A stretch of 11,820 nt of DNA from NCBI GenBank assembly GCA_038845975.1, contig JAWBQF010000051.1, positions 1 through 11,820 of the forward strand. The letters run 5' to 3'. The notes beneath the pieces are model-generated. The model was not told the origin of the DNA and did no database searches. It saw only the letters and a list, made by a program, of their open reading frames with translations. Source of the stretch: Candidatus Methanomethylicia archaeon. Its GTDB lineage: Archaea > Thermoproteota > Methanomethylicia > CALHIW01. Position 1 is the stretch's first letter. Each line of letters begins with the position of its first letter. This document shows, piece after piece, positions 1-6,227 of this stretch. The translations under genes were made by a program, and so were the position numbers.

Positions 1-88
1 GAACAGTTTCAATATTGAAAACTCTACGAATAAATGATGCTAAAGACCTACACCATAAACATACATCATCAAAAACAATAAAACCCAT
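1..88 (-). CDS. DCC1-like/DUF393 thiol-disulfide oxidoreductase family protein, 5' part only (runs off the left edge; not in ORF track)
   Basis: Manual translation from ATG at 88: MGFIVFDDVCLWCRSLASFIRRVFNIETV..., open to the window edge. The N-terminal hydrophobic strand plus DxxCxxC motif is typical of the DCC family. GGTG SD-like motif just upstream and an ATATATAT TATA-like box about 30 nt upstream. Confidence 0.75.
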   Translation of the reverse strand, partial: MGFIVFDDVCLWCRSLASFIRRVFNIETV

Positions 89-110
89 AAACACCAATAA
101 ATAATAGGAG

Positions 111-155
111 AACCAATATATATATTGCTGTCAAAAATATTCCGGAAGGAATCAA
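111..155 (-). promoter_or_regulatory. Promoter of the DCC-family gene with upstream ATTCC-N4-GGAAT palindrome (139-152)
   Basis: Minus strand reads TTGATTCCTTCCGGAAT-ATTTTTGACAGC-AATATATATA-TTGGTT. The same layout occurs at 10162-10206. Confidence 0.6.
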
Positions 156-1074
156 TGATGTCAAGTATCTTAAGGATGTTATACCTTTCTTATCAACTTT
201 AATGTATAAACCATTAGCTTTAACATATACTAGCACTTAAATATCGGTAACAATATTTACATTAATCTCTCCTTAAAATTTTAGGGAATGTGTAAACATC
301 AAATTATTATGTGGAAATGATAAAACGTTGCTCTTTAGTGTAAGGCTGTTAGCATACTTACTGGAAATTAATGATTTCAAATTTTAATCAGAAATTAATA
401 AGGGTCTAAGTAAGCATCCACAACATTAATAAGTCAGTAACAACCCCTACTAAGGAGTGGATGTATATACTATTTTTTACGTTTCCTCTTGAATGTAATT
501 CATATAGTGAGTTTGTCTAAAACTCCATGATTAATTGATGGTTAACTTATTAACCTAATTAAGTCTTAACAACTTTTAAAAGTTTTCAGATGAGTTCAAT
601 GAATAAATCTATCCTAACAGTATACTTATCAAAATGTCCTTTCTAACATAACCAATAGGATAGTTAATGTCAATTCACTAAATCTATGAATACTTACGTA
701 CTCATAGCTATGATCAATAGCTAGATCTTACTCATCTCTCAAATAATATCTGAAAGTAAGTTATTAAACCTATAAACATGAATAGTATTCCTACTGTCTA
801 AAGAAAACGTAGCTACTAATCGATCTATATGGAATAAGAGTCGTAAAATGAACTTCTAAAGTTGATAGTAACAATTAGTGAAGCTTTTATCTTTGTTCCT
901 AACATTTATAAGGTTTGTATTCTATTGTTGCTGGAGTACTTGTGCTGATGAGTTTTTAAATGCTTACAAGTATGAAGAAGACTTTCAGAAACTATAAATT
1001 CAATATAACCGCAAAATTAACTACATGAAGCGTAAATGTATGACTTCATAAATTATTAAGAACATTAATTGTTA

Positions 1075-1122
1075 AAAACGTTTTTATAAGGGTAGGGGGT
1101 AACTAAGTTAGGGGGGTAACTT
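1075..1122 (+). promoter_or_regulatory. ATPase promoter (A-rich BRE plus TTTTATAA) followed by two tandem TA-G5/6-TAACT operator-like sites
   Basis: TTTTATAA at 1082-1089, AGGGTA-GGGGG-TAACTA at 1089-1105, and AAGTTA-GGGGGG-TAACTT (perfect 6-bp arms) at 1105-1122 overlapping the TTG start. Confidence 0.65.
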
Positions 1123-2173
1123 GTACTTTGATCCGGAGCCGAAGACAAGAATAGAAGATTTCTTTAACATGGAGGAGGAATTAAAATCCTTTACTGAAAG
1201 TCTAAATAAAGAGAAGCTTATAGTAGTTACTGGGCTTAGAAGATATGGAAAAACCTCACTAATTCTTACAGGTCTTAACATTTCCGGTTCGGAATACTTA
1301 TTTCTAGACTGTAGATTACTTCCGTCAGGCATCATATCTATAAGGGATTTCCTTATTCTTCTGGAAGATGAATTGAATAGAAGATCTTGGACTAGAAGAA
1401 TTCTACATGGAGTAGAGGAAGTAAGTATAGGGGATTTTGGGCTTAGAATAAGGAGAATGGAGAGAAATACTTTTCTAAAGTTGGTTGAGCGCCTTAAAGG
1501 AAAGATTTTAGTATTGGATGAAGCTCAGGAACTAAGAAGATCAAACTACAACTTTAACGGTCTTATTGCATACATATATGATCACTTAGACTTAAAAGTA
1601 ATAGTATCCGGCTCTAAAATAGGGCTTCTTTACAACTTCCTGAAAGTTAACGATCCTGAAGCCCCTTTATTTGGAAGACCATACATGGAGGTTAAACTAG
1701 GTAAGCTTAGCCCTCAGAAAGCTAAGGAGTTTCTAGTAAGAGGCTTCGAACAGGAGAAGGTAAAAATCTCAGACGATATTATAGAGGAGGCTGTAAGAAA
1801 GTTTGATGGAGTGATAGGTTGGCTTACATACTTTGGACATTCCTATGCTAGAAGTAGGGAGACAATTAGTATGATAGTAGAGAAAGCTTCAAAACTTTCA
1901 GCAAATGAGGTTAATCATGCCCTAAACATATATGGGATAGGGAGGGAAAGATATGTTAGTATTCTAAAGATAGTAGCAAGTAGTGAGGGTTTAAGATGGA
2001 GTGAAATAAAGAGAGCTTTCGAGGCAAAACATGGAAGAATCCCTAACAATACATTATCTAACATCATAAAAAACCTAGTAAACCAAGGACTCCTAGAGAA
2101 AATAGATGACTACTATGAAGTTACAGATCCTATTCTCAAAATAGGAATATCAAGATATCTTAGCTATAAATAA
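1121..2173 (+). CDS. Archaeal P-loop ATPase (archaeal ATPase / ATPase_2-like family) with C-terminal winged helix-turn-helix
   Basis: N-terminal YFDPEPK..DFFN, Walker A GLRRYGKTS, Walker B ILVLDEAQEL, VIVSGS and PLFGR motifs, and a wHTH-like tail (LRWSEIKR...TLSNIIKNLVNQGLLEK...YEVTDPIL). Confidence 0.9.
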   Translation: MYFDPEPKTRIEDFFNMEEELKSFTESLNKEKLIVVTGLRRYGKTSLILTGLNISGSEYLFLDCRLLPSGIISIRDFLILLEDELNRRSWTRRILHGVEEVSIGDFGLRIRRMERNTFLKLVERLKGKILVLDEAQELRRSNYNFNGLIAYIYDHLDLKVIVSGSKIGLLYNFLKVNDPEAPLFGRPYMEVKLGKLSPQKAKEFLVRGFEQEKVKISDDIIEEAVRKFDGVIGWLTYFGHSYARSRETISMIVEKASKLSANEVNHALNIYGIGRERYVSILKIVASSEGLRWSEIKRAFEAKHGRIPNNTLSNIIKNLVNQGLLEKIDDYYEVTDPILKIGISRYLSYK

Positions 2174-2303
2174 TAAGTGTACGGGTTAGACAATATATTA
2201 AATGTATTCATATGATAAGCATTTACAATTCTTACTTAATTTAGAAGTTAGTGTTAAGTAAGTTCATGGAGCTATTGTTAACTTACATATTTCCAATGTT
2301 TAT

Positions 2304-2318
2304 CGAAAACTTTTTAAC
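2304..2318 (+). promoter_or_regulatory. BRE/TATA promoter of the thiolase operon
   Basis: CGAAAAC-TTTTTAAC about 32 nt upstream of ATG 2350. Confidence 0.55.
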
Positions 2319-2349
2319 TAAGTTTACTTAGCCTTCTTTGGGGTTATGT

Positions 2350-3543
2350 ATGCGTAATGTGGCTATAGTTGGTGTTGGTATTTCTAGATTTGGTGTTAGG
2401 AATGATGTACGTATTGATGAGCTTGCATGGGAGTCTGTTAAGGATGCTTTAAACGATGCTGGTATTGAACAGAAGGATATAGAGTTCTGTAGTGTTGGAA
2501 CATTCGGCTCTTTTAATGCTGAAATTCTACCAGCAGTTGTATGTTGTGATTATTGTAATTTAAGATTTAAAGGTACTTTAAGAACGGAGGCTGCATGCGC
2601 AACTGGTAGTGCAGCTTTCTTTACAGGCTTCAATGCTGTTGCTTCAGGATTTGCTGATGTTGTTCTAGTATTAGGTGTTGAAAAAATGTGTGAGTCCCCT
2701 ACGCCTGTTGCCGTCGAGTTTATTGGTAGATCTGCAAACTACTTCTGGGAGTTTGAAAACTTCGGTGTAACGTTTCCAGGATATTATGCTCTCCACGCTA
2801 CAGCCTACATGAACAAGTATGGAGCTAGAGAGGAGGATCTTGCTAGGGTTGCTGTTAAGAATCATTACTACGGTTCTCTAAATCCTAAAGCCCACTTTAG
2901 AAATAGGATTACTCTTGAAGATGCTGTAAAGTCAAAATATGTTGCATGGCCTCTTAAACTCTATGATTGCTGCCCTATTAGTGATGGTTCAGCAGCTATC
3001 ATTCTAGCTTCAAGTGAAACTGCAAGAAAGCTTACTGATACACCTATATGGGTTAGGGGAATTGGTGTTTCAAACGATAGTGCTAATATGAGTAGGAGAG
3101 GGGAATTTACAAGTCTTGCTGCAGCTGTAGATGCTGCTAGAAAAGCTTATAGAATGGCCGGTATCGAGTATGATAATCCGTTAAAATATATTGATGTAGC
3201 TAATGTTCATGACTGCTTTACAATAGCTGAAATACTAGCCTATGAAGATCTAAACTTCGCTAAGAGGGGGGAGGGATACCTACTCTTACGTGAGGAACAA
3301 ACATATATAGGAGGTAAAATACCTGTAAACGTTGATGGAGGACTTAAAGCTAAGGGACATCCACTAGGCGCTACAGGTGTAGGTATGATTGTTGAGCTTA
3401 CGAAACAGCTTAGAAAACAAGTTGAAAACGAGAGACAGGCACCTATAGTTAAGGGTAATGCGTTAGCACATAATGTTGGAGGTACAGGACACTACTGCTA
3501 CGTAACAATACTCTCACTAGAAAAGCCTCAGTGGGGTGATTAA
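2350..3543 (+). CDS. Thiolase (acetyl-CoA C-acyltransferase family, archaeal/SCP2-like type)
   Basis: MRNVAIVGVG start (ATG 2350 with GGGG upstream is preferred to TTG 2338), catalytic EAACATG, GVEKM, VHDCFT, GGLKAKGHPLGATG and HNVGG motifs. Confidence 0.93.
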   Translation: MRNVAIVGVGISRFGVRNDVRIDELAWESVKDALNDAGIEQKDIEFCSVGTFGSFNAEILPAVVCCDYCNLRFKGTLRTEAACATGSAAFFTGFNAVASGFADVVLVLGVEKMCESPTPVAVEFIGRSANYFWEFENFGVTFPGYYALHATAYMNKYGAREEDLARVAVKNHYYGSLNPKAHFRNRITLEDAVKSKYVAWPLKLYDCCPISDGSAAIILASSETARKLTDTPIWVRGIGVSNDSANMSRRGEFTSLAAAVDAARKAYRMAGIEYDNPLKYIDVANVHDCFTIAEILAYEDLNFAKRGEGYLLLREEQTYIGGKIPVNVDGGLKAKGHPLGATGVGMIVELTKQLRKQVENERQAPIVKGNALAHNVGGTGHYCYVTILSLEKPQWGD

Positions 3544-3544
3544 C

Positions 3545-4018
3545 ATGTCTAAAATCGAGGGTTTACCAATAATTATAGATCAGAAAACCAAACTACCAAT
3601 CTATACAAGCCTACGTGAATTAAGAATTAATTACCAGTTTGGCGTAAGTAAAGTACAGAAGTTCTTTGATGGATTAAGAGAGGGGATAATCTATGCCTCT
3701 AAATGTAGGAATTGCGGTGAAATATATTTTCCACCACAAGCAGACTGTTCAAAATGTAAGAGTTCAGATATTGAGTTATTTAAGCTTTCAGGAGAAGCTG
3801 AGCTTGAAACATACACCATAATAAATATAAAACCATCAACATTTGCTCATTACAAAGACTATATTGTTGCTATTGGAAAACTTAAAGAAGGAGTTAAAGC
3901 TCTTGCATGGCTTGAAGTAGACGATCCAAGTAAGCTAAAAATAGGGATGAAGCTTAAACTTGAAGTTACTAAAAGGGAACCTGAAGGAATATATACCTAT
4001 GTTTTCAGACCATTATAA
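3545..4018 (+). CDS. DUF35 Zn-ribbon/OB-fold protein, thiolase partner
   Basis: CRNCG-x4-PP-x3-CSKC zinc ribbon followed by an OB fold (ETYTII...YIVAIGKL...LKIGMKL). ATG 3545 has a GGGGTGA SD and begins 1 nt after the thiolase stop. Confidence 0.92.
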   Translation: MSKIEGLPIIIDQKTKLPIYTSLRELRINYQFGVSKVQKFFDGLREGIIYASKCRNCGEIYFPPQADCSKCKSSDIELFKLSGEAELETYTIINIKPSTFAHYKDYIVAIGKLKEGVKALAWLEVDDPSKLKIGMKLKLEVTKREPEGIYTYVFRPL

Positions 4019-4031
4019 CTAGAGTGAAACT

Positions 4032-4679
4032 ATGCTTAGTGAAGATTTAAGAAAAATACTTTATGGAATACCTACAGCTACATTAAGTGATGTACTGGAT
4101 ACTATGGGCTTCCAGGGGTGTATGAGTTACGATATTAGACCTATAGTTGAGGGAAAAATAGTTGGACCAGCATTAACTGTAAGTATTAAAAAATCAACAA
4201 TAAGAGAAACACCATTAAAAACTCTTCAACTAATAGATGAAGCAACTCCAGGCAGCATTATTGTTATTGGAGCTAATGGATATGATGCAAGAGATGCATC
4301 TCTCCTTGGAGGTCTTATGGCAACAGCCGCTAAGACACGGGGAGTAGAAGGATTCGTACTTGATGGCGGAGTACGAGACGTAGATGAAATTAAAAGCTTA
4401 AAACTACCAGTATATGCTAGAAGCATTATACCAGCAACAATTATTGGTAGATTTATTGTTGAAGATGTAAATAAACCCATAGTTTGTAGTGGCGTTCAAG
4501 TTAAGCCAGGCGATATTGTAGTTGGAGACTATGATGGAGTTGTTGTAATACCTATAGAGATCCTTAGTAAAGTAATAGAGAAAGCTATTGAAATAGATAG
4601 AATTGAAAAACTTGAAGCTGAGGAATTAAAACAGGGAAAATCAATTATTGAAACAATTAAAAAGTATACTCGTATTTAA
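4032..4679 (+). CDS. RraA-like / 4-hydroxy-4-methyl-2-oxoglutarate (HMG) aldolase family protein
   Basis: TATLSDVLD, GPALTV, GGLMATAAKTRG, DGGVRD and PGDIVVGDYDGVVVIP motifs. GAGTGA SD, 13 nt after the DUF35 gene. Confidence 0.9.
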   Translation: MLSEDLRKILYGIPTATLSDVLDTMGFQGCMSYDIRPIVEGKIVGPALTVSIKKSTIRETPLKTLQLIDEATPGSIIVIGANGYDARDASLLGGLMATAAKTRGVEGFVLDGGVRDVDEIKSLKLPVYARSIIPATIIGRFIVEDVNKPIVCSGVQVKPGDIVVGDYDGVVVIPIEILSKVIEKAIEIDRIEKLEAEELKQGKSIIETIKKYTRI

Positions 4680-4721
4680 CAATAACATTTTTATACTTAC
4701 CATATATTACTACTGATTATC

Positions 4722-5549
4722 TTGCTGGAGATTATTTTAGCCTCTATAATTTGGGGAAGTATAGGTATTGCTGGAAAGATTGCTTATGGATTAGGTGTGG
4801 ATCCATTAACATTAATACTCTACAGAACACTACTCATAATTCCTCTAGCAATCTATATTGCTAGAGGAATTACTAGCTTTAAAGCTATGATTAAACTATT
4901 TATTCTAGGTATTTTCATAATACCCTTCTTCTACCTTACATATTTCTACGCTGTAAAGATAATTGAAGCATCAACAGCCTCTCTACTACTCTACATAGCT
5001 CCCATACTTGTCAACATAATTTCCAGAATCGTATTTAACGAGAAGCTAACAAAACCTAAAATCTACGCATTGCTTTTAGCTATTACAGGCGTTATAGTAC
5101 TTAACTATGGTGATATTAACTTTAACCCCATAGGCTTAATACTTGGATTAGCTTCAGCTTTCAACTATGCTATATTCATAATTATAAGCAAATACATGCT
5201 TAGCAAAGGAATAACTCCAGAACAGATTGCTATAGTTCCCCCAGCATTCTCCTCAGTAACAGTATTTATTGTTTCATTAATTGGTGGTGTTAACCTCCTC
5301 AATATTACTCCAAGCATCTTAATAATAAGTATTTATCTATCATATGTTGCAACAGGATTTGCATATTACCTATTTAATAATGGCTTAAAACATGTTGAGG
5401 CAAGCAGAGCAAGCATAGGTATTTTAGTTGAACCTGTTTCTGCAGTTATACTCTCATCAATAATCCTATATGAACCATTAACAATCCAGAAAATATTAGG
5501 TGGAGGAATAATTCTAACTGCAGTTTACATTACCTCTAAGAATAGATAA
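4722..5549 (+). CDS. EamA/DMT family transporter
   Basis: About 10 hydrophobic helices in two repeats, with IIWG, YR, ASLLLYIAP..V, FNEKLT and EASRAS...EPV motifs. TTTATACT at about 4690-4697 suggests its own near-leaderless promoter. Confidence 0.92.
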   Translation: MLEIILASIIWGSIGIAGKIAYGLGVDPLTLILYRTLLIIPLAIYIARGITSFKAMIKLFILGIFIIPFFYLTYFYAVKIIEASTASLLLYIAPILVNIISRIVFNEKLTKPKIYALLLAITGVIVLNYGDINFNPIGLILGLASAFNYAIFIIISKYMLSKGITPEQIAIVPPAFSSVTVFIVSLIGGVNLLNITPSILIISIYLSYVATGFAYYLFNNGLKHVEASRASIGILVEPVSAVILSSIILYEPLTIQKILGGGIILTAVYITSKNR

Positions 5550-5772
5550 TTTTACTTTAGTAAGCGTTAACAATCATTAATAAGAAGATAAAACCTAATA
5601 ATGGACAAGGAAAACAATAGTATAGCTAAACGAAACATGGATTAACAGGAAAATAAAAGCTAAGGAATTCATAGAAGATACAATACCAAAATAGAGGTAA
5701 TAAAATATGATTAAGTTAACAAAGCTCATCCCATTATGGTAAGTCTTAAATGCAAGTCTATTTAGAATTATT

Positions 5773-6057
5773 ATGGTTAGACTGAATAGTAAGGGTTTGG
5801 AGTTGAAGAAGCTTAAGATACATCAATCCAGAGGAGATATTAATATAGGTAGGAGAGGAGTTACTGATAATCTTATTAGTGAAGTTAAAAAACATTTAAA
5901 AACTCATAAATGCCTGAAAATTAAGGTTTTAAAGAGTGCTAGGGAATTTATTAGTGATGACGATATTCAAAACATAGCTAAAGCTGTAAGTGCAGCTATT
6001 ATTGATAGGAGAGGGTTTACATACATTCTTATAGATAAGAAATATATAGTTAGCTAG
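5773..6057 (+). CDS. yhbY: YhbY/CRM-domain RNA-binding protein
   Basis: INIGRRGVTDNLISEVKKHL..HKCLKIKVL and IDRRGFTYIL match the CRM pattern; small and basic. CTTAAAT box about 22 nt upstream. Confidence 0.85.
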   Translation: MVRLNSKGLELKKLKIHQSRGDINIGRRGVTDNLISEVKKHLKTHKCLKIKVLKSAREFISDDDIQNIAKAVSAAIIDRRGFTYILIDKKYIVS

Positions 6058-6223
6058 TAGAGGACTGATTAAGCTTTAACTTCATCTCCCTAATTTCCTC
6101 TAGGAATCGCTGTATAGTTCTAGGTAGATGCTCCTCCTGAACTCTTAATATTTCACATGCCCTCCTTAATATTTCCTCTTTCTCCTTAAGCTTAACCCAA
6201 TACTCAGTACTTAGAGAATTCAT
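6050..6223 (-). CDS. Unannotated 57-aa protein, a stand-alone paralogue of the AlaRS helix-loop-helix zipper segment
   Basis: Manual translation MNSLSTEYWVKLKEKEEILRRACEILRVQEEHLPRTIQRFLEEIREMKLKLNQSSTS*. ATG lies 4 nt after the alaS stop, with a GAGGT SD overlapping the last alaS codons. 17/39 ungapped identity to AlaRS residues 741-779. Confidence 0.85.
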   Translation of the reverse strand: MNSLSTEYWVKLKEKEEILRRACEILRVQEEHLPRTIQRFLEEIREMKLKLNQSSTS

Positions 6224-6227
6224 AGTA

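Noticed and set aside
7-20. TTTCAATATTGAAA palindrome, and TTTCAAT/ATTGAAA at 9971-10021, resembling CRISPR repeat ends
   Set aside because: No regularly spaced repeats; the first lies within the DCC-family coding frame.
945-990. CTGATGA ... ATGAAGA resembling C and C' boxes of a C/D sRNA
   Set aside because: No properly placed CTGA D or D' boxes.
878-997. 39-codon GTG ORF containing FYCCWSTCADEFL, faintly like YHS/TRASH metal-binding domains
   Set aside because: No N-terminal CPVC/DPVC half, no SD or promoter, and short enough to arise by chance.
1108-1335. 75-aa minus-strand ORF
   Set aside because: Antisense shadow of the ATPase gene with no motif.
2671-2865. 64-aa minus-strand ORF
   Set aside because: Antisense shadow of the thiolase gene.
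4226-4480. 84-aa minus-strand ORF
   Set aside because: Antisense shadow of the RraA-like gene, with the Ser/Pro/Thr bias typical of such frames.
5773-6057. YhbY as the RNA-binding replacement for the missing C-Ala domain
   Set aside because: It is on the opposite strand with its own promoter, and YhbY is linked to ribosome maturation; adjacency alone is not evidence.
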